Shown: one piece after another, positions 23,054 to 31,838 of the stretch | Layout of the letters: every line of letters starts with the position of its first letter | Position numbering within the stretch: position 1 is the stretch's first letter | From: a virus | Length of the DNA stretch: 38,666 nucleotides | Reading direction: 5' to 3' (one strand) | IMG/VR virus record: IMGVR_UViG_3300045988_063822 | Notes under the pieces: model-generated | What the model was told of the DNA's origin: nothing | The model's database searches: none | The model's input: the letters and a program-made list of their open reading frames with translations, nothing else | Translations under genes and position numbers: made by a program

Positions 23054-23095
23054 GCGCCATGATCTCCGTCGTGAGGTCATGGCGCTTTTTGTTTG
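23054..23095 (+). terminator. Rho-independent terminator after the KTR gene.
   Basis: gcgccatgatctc (23054-23066) pairs with gaggtcatggcgc (23073-23085), followed by tttttgtttg. Confidence 0.7.
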
Positions 23096-23098
23096 TCC

Positions 23099-23392
23099 AT
23101 GGATTACAAAAGCAAACGCTGGCTGCACCTGCGCGACGCGGTGCTCCGGCGTGACAAGTACCGATGCCGAGAGGCCGCAAGGTTCGGCAGGAACGAGCTG
23201 GCGACCGTTGCCCACCACGTCTACCCGGTGGAAGATTTCCCCGGCTGGCAATGGTGCGGCTGGAATCTGATCGCTGTGAGTCAGGCAGCGCACAACAGCT
23301 TCCACGACCGCGTGACCGGCAAGCTGACCGATCGCGGCCTCGCGTGGCAGCGGCGAGTGATCCCCCCTCCCGATGCGCCGCCGCCGTTCTGA
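23099..23392 (+). CDS. HNH endonuclease (packaging-associated, HK97 gp74-like position).
   Basis: KRWLHLRDAVLRRDKYRC...VAHHVYPV...NLIAVSQAAHNSFH. It lies directly upstream of the terminase. Confidence 0.8.
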   Translation: MDYKSKRWLHLRDAVLRRDKYRCREAARFGRNELATVAHHVYPVEDFPGWQWCGWNLIAVSQAAHNSFHDRVTGKLTDRGLAWQRRVIPPPDAPPPF

Positions 23393-23456
23393 CCAAAGCA
23401 CCGGAGTGGGCCCCCTTTTCCGACGGCGGGAAAACGGGCGGAGGGGGTAAGCGAGG

Positions 23457-25784
23457 ATGACCGAGGCGCGCGGGTGCGCGCGAGAATTGAATCATGCGGT
23501 GCGGGCGCAAACGACGCGCCTGCGCGAAACGCCGGAGGCTGTGCCAGGCAGCAGCGACATTGGGAACGCCGCCATTGCCTTCTCAGATCCTCCTAACTGG
23601 GCCCGGAGCCGCCGGGCCTGGCAGAGTCTCCGGCATGCGGGAGGTGAGCACTTGGCCAGAGAGGACATGATCCGGAAGGACATGGAGCTGGTCGGAACCT
23701 ACAACGAGATATTCGAGCCGACGATCAAGCAGCTGGCCAAGACGGAACGCGAACTCTCCCGCGCAGAGAAAGAGTGGAAGAAACAGGGGGGGCAGCGGAT
23801 CTGCACCATGATCAACAAGACCGGCGCGGAGTACACGGCCAAAAGCCCATACTGGACGGCGGTCGAAGATCTGCGCGCGACGGTGCAGTCACTCCGCAAT
23901 CAGCTCGGCCTGACGCCGACTGGCCTGAATAAAGCCAGATCGAAGCTTCAGCCCTCTGCCCTCGGCAACAGCAAGATCGAGCAAATGCTTGCCGCAGCGC
24001 ACGACCACGCTGTTGAGCACGGCCCGCAGTATCAGCGCGAGGTGGACTCCTTCGTGGAATCCGTCCTGTCCGGAGAGTCCGGGTTGTGCGAGGATGCTGT
24101 GCTCGCCTGCAAGCGATACGTTGCAGACCTCGACCGTGGAAAATGGGAGTTCCGCACGGAACCGGCCAACGACATCATCGCCATCATCGAGACAATGCTC
24201 TGCCACCAGCAGGGAGAATTTTTGGACGCAACGCCGCTGCGCGGCACGCCGTTCCTGCTTCTCCCTTATCACAAGTTCATCGTCTACAACCTTCTCGGCT
24301 TTTATGCCCCAGGGACGAACATCCGGCGCTTCAAGGAGGCCGTCGACTTCATCCCCCGAAAAAACATCAAGACGACCTTTGCTGCAGCGCTCGCGTTTGC
24401 GCTGGCGCTGCATGAACGAGCCAGCGGTTCCAAGGTTTATGCCGTAGGCGGTGCGCTTAGGCAAACGAAAGAGGTTTTCAATTTTCTTAAATACAACCTG
24501 GCTCGTTTGCAAATTACGACGGATGACGATCCTGTGCAGGGGCTTCGCGTCATCGACAACAATGCCGAGCGGTCGATCTCCGGCGATATCGGCAGCGGCA
24601 TGGTCTCCATCGATGCGCTGGCCGCGAATCCTGACAAGCAGGACTCCTTTAACTGCAACATCGTCATCGCGGACGAAGCGCACACCTACAAAAGCCCGCA
24701 ACAGTATCAGATCCTGAAGGACGCGACGAAGGCGTACACAAACAAGCTCGTCATCGTGATCTCGTCTAACGGTCCGAACGCCAGAGGCTTCCTGCTCGCC
24801 CATCTCGAATACTGCCGGAAAATTCTGCGCGGGACGGTCACGGGTGACGCGGCCGACAGCATCTTTTGTTTTCTCTGCTCCGCGCCGACACTGGAAAACG
24901 GTGACGTTGACCTGCATGATCCGGCTGTGCTGAAAGCAGCCTCGCCGGGCTGGGGCTACTCCATCCGCCCGCAGGACATGATCAACGATGCAGCCATGGC
25001 CGCTGAAAACCCGGCGCTCCGGCCGGAGTTTCTCAACAAGTCGCTGAACGTCACAACGAACGCGATCAAGGCATGGTTTGACATTCAAGAGTTCCGCAAG
25101 AGCGACGAACGATACAGTTGGAACTATCGGCAACTCGCGAAGCTGCCTATCCGTTGGTATGGCGGCACAGACCTTTCGAAGCTGCACGACCTGACGGCCG
25201 GTTGCCTCTTCGGCCACTACAAAGGCGTAGACATCATCATTCCGCATGCATGGTTCCCGCGGCCGGCCGCCATCGTCAAGGCGCAGCAGGATCAAATCCC
25301 GCTATTCGGCTGGCAGGAGGACGGCTGGCTGGACATGACCAACGACAAGGTCACAAATCACCACGATGTGGTGCAATGGTACAAAAACCTGCGCGCCGAT
25401 GGGTTTAAGATCCGCCGCATCGGACACGACCGAAAATTCTGCCGCGAATACTTCGTCGAGATGCAGAAGGAACGCTTCCCCATCAAGGATCAGCCGCAGC
25501 TGTTCACACGGAAATCCGAAGGTTTCCGCTACCTGGAGGCCAGCGCCAAGAAAGGAACGCTCTACTACATGCACGCCGAGCCCTATGAGTATTGCGTGCA
25601 GAATGTCGCCGGAATTGAGAAGGCTGACGACATGGTCATGTATCAAAAAATCGAGCCAAACCTCCGCATCGACCTTTTTGATGCCTCGGTGTTCGCGGTT
25701 TGCGCTTATCTCGAAGATCTGACCGCCAGCAATAAGGCGGCAGGCTGGTATGACAAGAAAGACAAGGACGGTGATGCAGATTGA
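23457..25784 (+). CDS. Terminase. A P27-family small-subunit-like region (about aa 1-176) is fused in frame to a Terminase_1-type large subunit (aa 177-775). The internal ATG at 23985 could also initiate TerL alone.
   Basis: TerS-like stretch: ...KSPYWTAVEDLRATVQSLRNQLGLTPTGLNKARSK. TerL-like stretch: ACKRYVADLDRGKWEFR...GTPFLLLPYHKFIVYNLLGFY...NIVIADEAHTYK. No stop codon separates them. Confidence 0.8.
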   Translation: MTEARGCARELNHAVRAQTTRLRETPEAVPGSSDIGNAAIAFSDPPNWARSRRAWQSLRHAGGEHLAREDMIRKDMELVGTYNEIFEPTIKQLAKTERELSRAEKEWKKQGGQRICTMINKTGAEYTAKSPYWTAVEDLRATVQSLRNQLGLTPTGLNKARSKLQPSALGNSKIEQMLAAAHDHAVEHGPQYQREVDSFVESVLSGESGLCEDAVLACKRYVADLDRGKWEFRTEPANDIIAIIETMLCHQQGEFLDATPLRGTPFLLLPYHKFIVYNLLGFYAPGTNIRRFKEAVDFIPRKNIKTTFAAALAFALALHERASGSKVYAVGGALRQTKEVFNFLKYNLARLQITTDDDPVQGLRVIDNNAERSISGDIGSGMVSIDALAANPDKQDSFNCNIVIADEAHTYKSPQQYQILKDATKAYTNKLVIVISSNGPNARGFLLAHLEYCRKILRGTVTGDAADSIFCFLCSAPTLENGDVDLHDPAVLKAASPGWGYSIRPQDMINDAAMAAENPALRPEFLNKSLNVTTNAIKAWFDIQEFRKSDERYSWNYRQLAKLPIRWYGGTDLSKLHDLTAGCLFGHYKGVDIIIPHAWFPRPAAIVKAQQDQIPLFGWQEDGWLDMTNDKVTNHHDVVQWYKNLRADGFKIRRIGHDRKFCREYFVEMQKERFPIKDQPQLFTRKSEGFRYLEASAKKGTLYYMHAEPYEYCVQNVAGIEKADDMVMYQKIEPNLRIDLFDASVFAVCAYLEDLTASNKAAGWYDKKDKDGDAD

Positions 25785-26962
25785 GAGTGAAGCCGCAGCG
25801 CAGAGGGACGGACCCGGCGCTGCAAAAATGGATGATCGGCGCGATCGACGCTGATACGCTGGCTGTGCCCGGCTATACGCGCCTGATCGACAGCCCGGAT
25901 GTGCTCGCCGCCATCGGCGGCCTCGCTGATATCATCTCGAACGCTACGATCCAGCTCATGCGGAACACCGACGACGGCGATGTCCGCGTCCGCAATCAGC
26001 TGGCGCGCTTCATGGACATTTCCCCGTGGCGGCACGGGACGCGCAAGGATCTGATCTCCTGGATCGTCTGGACGATGCTGACGACCTCGACCGGAAGTGC
26101 CTTCCTCCTGCCGCACACGGAGCGTGGCCTCCTGAGCGAGCTGGAGCCGATGCCAGGCGCGTATGCGCTGAGCGACGATAACGGCCTGACCTACTATGTC
26201 ATGTGGCAGGGACGGCGATATGCGGCCGACAGCGTACTCCATTTCAAACGCTGGCCCGACCCGGCACAGCCCTGGCAGGGAATCGGCCTGCGGATCAGTC
26301 TCCGGGATGTGACCGCGAATCTCCGGCAGGCAGCCGCCACGAAAAAGGGCTTTATGTCCGACAAGTGGAAGCCGAGCGTGATCGTCAAGGTGGATGCGCT
26401 GGCCGATGAATTTGCCGATGAGGCGGGACGCAAGCGGCTGGTCGATCAGTATATGTCCGGCAGCTCCGCAGGCGAGCCGTGGGTGATCCCGGCAGAGCTG
26501 ATGGAGGTGCAGCAGGTCAAGCCCCTGAGCTTGACGGATCTCGCCATCAAGGACAGCGTGGAACTGGACAAACGCGAGGTTGCTTCCTTGGTCGGTGTGA
26601 CGCCGTACATGGTCGGCGTCGGCAGTTATTCCGACGCGGAGCACAACCACATGATCCGCACCACAGCAGTCACGATCTCCAACATCATCTGCCAGGAGCT
26701 GACGCGAAAACTGCTGATCTCCGAGGAGATGTATTTCCAGATGTCCACACGCCGGCTTTACAGCTACACGCTGCAGGAGCTGGCCAGCGTGGCCGACGAT
26801 CAGTACATCCGCGGCCTGATGGACGGCAACGAGGCCCGCGATTGGCTCGGCCTCAGCCCGCGCAAGGGCCTGAACGAGCTGGTCATCCTCGAAAACTACA
26901 TCCCTCGCGGTATGATCGGCAATCAGAAAAAACTAGAAGGAGGCGACGGCAATGCCGAATGA
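25781..26962 (+). CDS. Portal protein, HK97 family. The start is TTG 25781, GTG 25787 or ATG 25832.
   Basis: Its position and size fit a portal. It lies between the terminase and the prohead protease and overlaps the terminase stop. Confidence 0.75.
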   Translation: MRVKPQRRGTDPALQKWMIGAIDADTLAVPGYTRLIDSPDVLAAIGGLADIISNATIQLMRNTDDGDVRVRNQLARFMDISPWRHGTRKDLISWIVWTMLTTSTGSAFLLPHTERGLLSELEPMPGAYALSDDNGLTYYVMWQGRRYAADSVLHFKRWPDPAQPWQGIGLRISLRDVTANLRQAAATKKGFMSDKWKPSVIVKVDALADEFADEAGRKRLVDQYMSGSSAGEPWVIPAELMEVQQVKPLSLTDLAIKDSVELDKREVASLVGVTPYMVGVGSYSDAEHNHMIRTTAVTISNIICQELTRKLLISEEMYFQMSTRRLYSYTLQELASVADDQYIRGLMDGNEARDWLGLSPRKGLNELVILENYIPRGMIGNQKKLEGGDGNAE

Positions 26963-27536
26963 ACGCCAGCAGCGGCAGGCGCGCTGCGTAGCCCAGCAGT
27001 TCCAGACGCGCTCGGCCAACGATGATTTGTTCATCGAAGGCTATTTCTCCGTCTTTAACAGCGAATACCCGCTTTGGGAAGGCGCGAGCGAGATCGTAAA
27101 GCCGGGCGCTTTTACCAATTCCGTCTCCGGAGATGTCCGGGCGCTCATCAACCACGATTCCAGTCTTGTGCTCGGCCGGACGAAGGCCGGCACGCTGGCG
27201 CTGCGGCAGGATGAGCGGGGCCTCTGGGGCAGCATCAGAATCAATCGGGACGACGTTGACGCCATGAACCTCTACGCCCGCGTCCAGCGGGGTGACGTTG
27301 ACCAGTGCTCGTTTGGATTTGACATCAAACGCGAAACATTTGTGGATCTCGGCGGCGGGAAATGCCGCTGGGAAATCGAAGAGGTCGATCCTCTCTACGA
27401 AGTGTCTGTCTGTACGTTCCCGGCCTACACGGAAACGTCCGTCAGCGCCCGCAAGCAGGATCTGGCTGAAATCGAAAAGCGCCGCGCCGAGGCCTGGTGC
27501 AGCGACATGAAAAAGAAACTGGGAGGTACACAGTAA
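26952..27536 (+). CDS. Prohead maturation protease, HK97 family.
   Basis: FIEGYFSVFNSEY...EIVKPGAFTNS...RALINHDSSLVLGRTKAGTLALRQDERGLW...CSFGF. Confidence 0.8.
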   Translation: MPNERQQRQARCVAQQFQTRSANDDLFIEGYFSVFNSEYPLWEGASEIVKPGAFTNSVSGDVRALINHDSSLVLGRTKAGTLALRQDERGLWGSIRINRDDVDAMNLYARVQRGDVDQCSFGFDIKRETFVDLGGGKCRWEIEEVDPLYEVSVCTFPAYTETSVSARKQDLAEIEKRRAEAWCSDMKKKLGGTQ

Positions 27537-29225
27537 ATGGCATTAAAAGTTTTGCTGCTGCGGAGCCGTCTTGCACCGCTGCAGACTGAGCTCCAGACGC
27601 TCGAAACCACGCGCGACGGCTTCGCGGCCCGCGAAGCGGAGCTGGAGCATGACATCGCTGAGGCGCAGACCGATGAGGAGCGCAGCGTCGTTGAGGCCGC
27701 TGTGAATGCTTTTGAGCAGGAGCGCAGCGCGAACGCCGCGGACATCACCCGTGTGCAGGAACGGATCAACGAGATCAACGAAGAAATCCGCAGTCTGGAA
27801 GAAGCGCAGACGCCGCCAGCATCTGATCCCCCGGCGGCAGAGCCGACCGGAACCACCAACACCGAAAGGAGTAATCATTCCATGCCTATCAACAACCCGG
27901 AGCGCCGCTGGTTCGGCCTCACCTATCAGGAGCGCGACGCGCTGCTGGCGCAGCCCGCCGTCAAAGAATTCCTGCAGCGCGTCCGCGAGGCGCGCAGTCA
28001 GCAGCGCAGCGTAAACGGCGGCGAACTCGGCATCCCTGATGGTTTCCTGCCGATCCTGCGCGATCTGACCTATCAGGAATCCAAGTTCCTGCGCTACTGC
28101 TTCACCACGAGTTTCCGCGGCACCACGCGCCAGAACGTTGCCGGTGTTGCACCGGAGGCCATCTGGACCGAAATGACCGACGCGCTCAACGAGCTCGACA
28201 TTGACTTCTGGCAGCTGACGATGGACGGCTACATGGTCGGCGGCTATATGGCTGTCCCGAACTCCCTGCTGATGGATGACAGTGACCTGCAGCTTGCATC
28301 GACCATCCTTCAGGCACTCGCATCCTCGCTCGCAAAAGCGATCGATAAGTCCATCTGGTTCGGCACCGGCGAAAAGATGCCCGTTGGCATCCTGACCCGT
28401 CTGTCCGCAACCGCGAAGCCCGCATGGTGGGGCGCGCAGCAGGGCGATTTTACCGACCTGCATACCAGCCACATTCTGAAACTCGACCTCTCCGCCAAGA
28501 CTGGCGTCGAGTTCTTCCAGCCGCTGGTCGCGGCGCTGGCTGTGGCCAAGCCGGACTACTCCAACGGTACGGTCGTCTGGACCATGAATCGCAAGACACA
28601 TCTCGACCTGATGTCCCGCGCGTTGGCCTACAACTCCGCTGCGGCTATGGTTGCAGGCGTCAACAACACCATGCCGGTCGTCGGCGGTGTGATCGTCGAG
28701 TGGGAAGTCATGCCGGACAATGAGATTGCAGGCGGTTTCCTGAGTCTCTATCGCTCGGTCGAGCGCGAGGGCACGCTGATCGAATCCAATACAAATGTGC
28801 GGTGGCTTCAGAATCAGACCTGCTATAAGGGCCTGCAGCGCCGCGACGGCAAGCCGGCCATCGGTGAGGCGTTTGTGGTCGTCAACTACGGCAATGTGGC
28901 CCCGACCACGACCACGACTTTCGGCAAGGACCTCGCTAACACTGCAATTGGCACTTTGATCGTGACGACGGCAGCCGGCAGCGGCGCGTCCGGCGACAGC
29001 ACCGTGACGGTGGCCGGCAACAGCTCCGGCGCGCTGAAATACCAGGTCAGCGGTCAGGCCGTGCCTGTGGCGAACGGCGAGCCCATCGGCAAGGGCTGGA
29101 CAGATCTGCCCGCAAATAAAACCATCAAGAGCGCCACGACCGGCGCGACCATCACCGTCGTCGAGGTCAACGCGGACGGCAAGGCCGTGGCCGTTGGCTC
29201 CGGCAGCGTGACCGCCAAGGCATAA
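27537..29225 (+). CDS. Major capsid protein, HK97 fold, with an N-terminal coiled-coil delta/scaffold domain and a C-terminal Ig-like extension of about 100 aa.
   Basis: It follows the protease with a 0-nt gap. The first 110 aa or so are coiled coil. C-terminal TVTVAGNSSGALKYQVSG...TITVVEVNADGKAVAVGSGSVTAKA. Confidence 0.8.
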   Translation: MALKVLLLRSRLAPLQTELQTLETTRDGFAAREAELEHDIAEAQTDEERSVVEAAVNAFEQERSANAADITRVQERINEINEEIRSLEEAQTPPASDPPAAEPTGTTNTERSNHSMPINNPERRWFGLTYQERDALLAQPAVKEFLQRVREARSQQRSVNGGELGIPDGFLPILRDLTYQESKFLRYCFTTSFRGTTRQNVAGVAPEAIWTEMTDALNELDIDFWQLTMDGYMVGGYMAVPNSLLMDDSDLQLASTILQALASSLAKAIDKSIWFGTGEKMPVGILTRLSATAKPAWWGAQQGDFTDLHTSHILKLDLSAKTGVEFFQPLVAALAVAKPDYSNGTVVWTMNRKTHLDLMSRALAYNSAAAMVAGVNNTMPVVGGVIVEWEVMPDNEIAGGFLSLYRSVEREGTLIESNTNVRWLQNQTCYKGLQRRDGKPAIGEAFVVVNYGNVAPTTTTTFGKDLANTAIGTLIVTTAAGSGASGDSTVTVAGNSSGALKYQVSGQAVPVANGEPIGKGWTDLPANKTIKSATTGATITVVEVNADGKAVAVGSGSVTAKA

Positions 29226-29241
29226 GAGAGGGGGCTGTGGA

Positions 29242-29532
29242 ATGTCAGCAGACCTGCGTCTGACTTACATGAAGGTTGATCTTGGCATTTTGTCGTGCGC
29301 TGATCAACAGGAGCTTTATATGCGCGGTCTGCTGACCACAGCCGAATCCTTTGTCCGCCGGCGCGGCATCACGCTGGCGGACGACAGCGACGAGGATGAC
29401 ATGCTGGTCGGCTCCGTGGCCGCGTGGATGTATCGTGCCCGCGGAAACACCGAGCGGGCGGCACTCCCCCGGAATCTTGACATCATGATCAAGGACCGGC
29501 TGTGCCACGAGAAAATGAGGGACGGCGGATGA
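29242..29532 (+). CDS. Head-tail connector (gp6-like / DNA-packaging QLRG-type) protein.
   Basis: Its position is right after the capsid gene. The pattern is YMKVDLGI......LL.TAESFVRRRGITL. Confidence 0.55.
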   Translation: MSADLRLTYMKVDLGILSCADQQELYMRGLLTTAESFVRRRGITLADDSDEDDMLVGSVAAWMYRARGNTERAALPRNLDIMIKDRLCHEKMRDGG

Positions 29533-29870
29533 TCTACGACAAGATTTTGACGATCTATACGCTGCTCCCTGGTCGGTCTCCTGCCGTGCGCAAGCTCAAG
29601 GCCGTCAGCCAGCACTTTTACTGCGAGCGCACTGTGTACGCCTCCCGGTTTTATGCCGGGAAGCAGGCCGGGCAGAAGCTCGTGCGCATGGTGTCCATGC
29701 CGCGCAGCGTATTCGACGCGCCGATCGAGGCTGACCAATACTGCACACTGGAGGACGGCCACGTCTATCGCATTGACCAGGCGCAGCGCGAACAGGACGC
29801 CGACGGCCTCGACATCAACACGTTAAGCCTTGCGGAACCGGAGGGGAAATATGAGCTATTCCAAAATTGA
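29529..29870 (+). CDS. Head closure / head-tail adaptor protein.
   Basis: ATGA overlap, and its place in the conserved HK97/SPP1-like gene order. Confidence 0.5.
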   Translation: MIYDKILTIYTLLPGRSPAVRKLKAVSQHFYCERTVYASRFYAGKQAGQKLVRMVSMPRSVFDAPIEADQYCTLEDGHVYRIDQAQREQDADGLDINTLSLAEPEGKYELFQN

Positions 29871-30186
29871 AAACGTGCTCAAGACCGTCCTGCCGGATGC
29901 GGTCTACAAGGTACAGGCCCCAGAGACAACGGACGATGGTGTGCAGCTGCTCCGCTATCTGGTCTGGACGCCGACCGGCGAGCGCTACGCCTACGCCAAC
30001 GGCCGCCCCTTCGCCACGATCTATCAGGCCGTTGTGACCGTGGCCACGCAAACCGAAGATGATACGCTCCCCGCCGAAGTCTCAAAGGCTTTGGCGGATG
30101 CGCATATCGCGATGCAGATGCCGGAGCACTCCTACGACGTCGAGACAGCCACCTACTACACGGACATTCCCTGTGAGGTGATCTGA
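29851..30186 (+). CDS. Head-tail joining / tail completion protein (hypothetical).
   Basis: RBS ggagggg upstream of ATG 29851, plus synteny. Confidence 0.45.
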   Translation: MSYSKIENVLKTVLPDAVYKVQAPETTDDGVQLLRYLVWTPTGERYAYANGRPFATIYQAVVTVATQTEDDTLPAEVSKALADAHIAMQMPEHSYDVETATYYTDIPCEVI

Positions 30187-30626
30187 TGGCGCAGATGGAG
30201 ACCGACGGCATTGAAGAGGCCATCCGGCAGCTGAATAAGGCCGATCTGTTTACCGACGAGAACGTGAAACGGATGCTGACAGCCGGCTCCGAGGTCATGC
30301 TGACCTCTGTAAAATCTGCCTTTGTGGAGTCCGGACATAACAGCCCCGGCCGACAGCGGCGCACCGGTGAGACGCTGCGGCATATCACAAAAGCCCGCGT
30401 CGTCCGGAAGGACAAAAACGGCGTCCCGTATATGTTCGTCACGATCCACGGGAAGGACAAACGTGGGCAGCGGTACGGCACAAAGGGTTTTGTGCTGAAC
30501 TACGGCCGACGAACCGGCGGCAAGATCCCGGCAGACTATTACTGGTCGACCGCGGTACACAACACCTGGCAGCAGGCCAACGACAAAATGTCCGACGTCG
30601 CTGCCGACATTCTGAAAGGAGAATGA
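30186..30626 (+). CDS. HK97 gp10-family tail component.
   Basis: IEEAIRQLNKADLF..........LTAGSEVMLTSVKSAF pattern, plus synteny. Confidence 0.55.
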   Translation: MAQMETDGIEEAIRQLNKADLFTDENVKRMLTAGSEVMLTSVKSAFVESGHNSPGRQRRTGETLRHITKARVVRKDKNGVPYMFVTIHGKDKRGQRYGTKGFVLNYGRRTGGKIPADYYWSTAVHNTWQQANDKMSDVAADILKGE

Positions 30627-30627
30627 C

Positions 30628-31239
30628 ATGCCTGAATTTGATCTTCGCGGCATGAAGGTCGCGAAATACAATTATGACAAAGCGCAGAAGAAAATCAGTT
30701 ATGACACGCCGATGTCCATGGGCGACGCAATGACGGCGAACCTCGAACTCAAGTTCGCGGAGGGACGTCTCTATGCCGAGTCCGCGCTGGCCGAGTACAT
30801 GAAGAAGGTCACGGGCCTGACAGTCAGCCAGGGCGTGAAGTACATCCCGGACGAGACGCAGAAGCTGCTCTTCAAAGCGTATGAGCTGAGCCGTTCGGTC
30901 GGTTCCGGCTCGCCCAAGACCGTGAAGAGCATGGCCTACGGCAAGACCTCGACCGGTCAGTACGTCGGCAGCGGATTCTATGCGCCGGATATGATCGACG
31001 GCGTAGAGAAGTTCACGGCGATCTTCGTCCACAAGACGCTGTTCGGCCCGCCCAGCAAGACGCTCCAGACCATGGGCGAGCAGATCAACTTCCAGACGCC
31101 GACGACCTCCGGCGAAGCCCTAGTCGATGACGCAGGCCACTTGATGGAGTGGGACTCGTTTGACACCGAGGCCGAGGCCATTGCATGGCTCGACGCCTGC
31201 TTCACGACGGAACCGACCGTCGTCACGGAGGGAGGATAA
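30628..31239 (+). CDS. Major tail protein (phi13-family-like).
   Basis: RBS aaaggag. LRGMKVAKYNYD...ISYDTPMSMGDAMTANLELKFAEGRLYAES. It lies upstream of the chaperone and tape-measure genes. Confidence 0.7.
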   Translation: MPEFDLRGMKVAKYNYDKAQKKISYDTPMSMGDAMTANLELKFAEGRLYAESALAEYMKKVTGLTVSQGVKYIPDETQKLLFKAYELSRSVGSGSPKTVKSMAYGKTSTGQYVGSGFYAPDMIDGVEKFTAIFVHKTLFGPPSKTLQTMGEQINFQTPTTSGEALVDDAGHLMEWDSFDTEAEAIAWLDACFTTEPTVVTEGG

Positions 31240-31242
31240 ACC

Positions 31243-31620
31243 ATGGATCTCCGTTTGAAAACGCTGCCGTTTGAGTATGGCGGCCACACGCTCCAGCTCT
31301 GCTGCAATTTCAACGTGCTAGCAGATCTTCAGGCGGCCGACGAACTGGATGAGATGCTTGATGAGAAGCGTTCCTTCCGGAATTTCACGCGGCTGCTCGC
31401 GGCGCTGGTCAACGAGGCCGCGAACGCTGCCGGGCTGGATCTCTCCGTCACGGATCGCGAGATCGGCCGTGCGGTGAGCTGGAAGGAGTTCCGCCGCATC
31501 CAGGGCGATGTGTTCGGCCTGCTGTTCGCAGCGGTCATGTCTCCGGAGGAAGGCGAAGCAGAAACGACCGAAGAAGAAACAAAAAACGTGGAGACCAAGG
31601 AAGCGGCAGCGACGGCCTGA
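31243..31620 (+). CDS. Tail assembly chaperone (gpG-like).
   Basis: Acidic C-terminus, position between the major tail and tape-measure genes, and a slippery site near its 3' end. Confidence 0.7.
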   Translation: MDLRLKTLPFEYGGHTLQLCCNFNVLADLQAADELDEMLDEKRSFRNFTRLLAALVNEAANAAGLDLSVTDREIGRAVSWKEFRRIQGDVFGLLFAAVMSPEEGEAETTEEETKNVETKEAAATA

Positions 31621-31838
31621 ACTTCGCTTGGTATCTGAATATCTGGATCAATGTCCTGCATAACGACGAGGCCGTTTTCTGGCGGACAATGACGCCGGCG
31701 CGGTGCGTAGCGCTTTACCGTGAGTTTTTCAAGCTCATGGGCGCACCGGGCCGGCGTGTCGTTTCTGAGTCTCCTGCGGAGACGGAGAAGCCCGCCCGCT
31801 TGTCGTTGTCGGCATATCTGATGGGAGGTGGCGGTTGA
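31243..31838 (+). CDS. Tail assembly chaperone G-T fusion product, made by a -1 frameshift at 31581-31587.
   Basis: The -1 frame reads KKRGDQGSGSDGLNFAWYLNIWINVLHNDEAVFWRTMTPARCVALYREFF... with no stop until 31836. Confidence 0.55.
31581..31587 (+). promoter_or_regulatory. Slippery heptamer A_AAA_AAC for a programmed -1 frameshift.
   Basis: The heptamer is in X_XXY_YYZ register with the gpG frame (aca aaa aac). The -1 frame is open from here to TGA 31836-31838. Confidence 0.6.

Noticed and set aside
23393-23456. GC-rich intergenic segment with an imperfect TTTTCCG...CGGGAAAA inverted repeat, considered as the cos site.
   Set aside because: The location is plausible, but the inverted repeat is imperfect. 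Nothing in the sequence alone distinguishes it from an ordinary RBS-containing leader. Terminus mapping is required.
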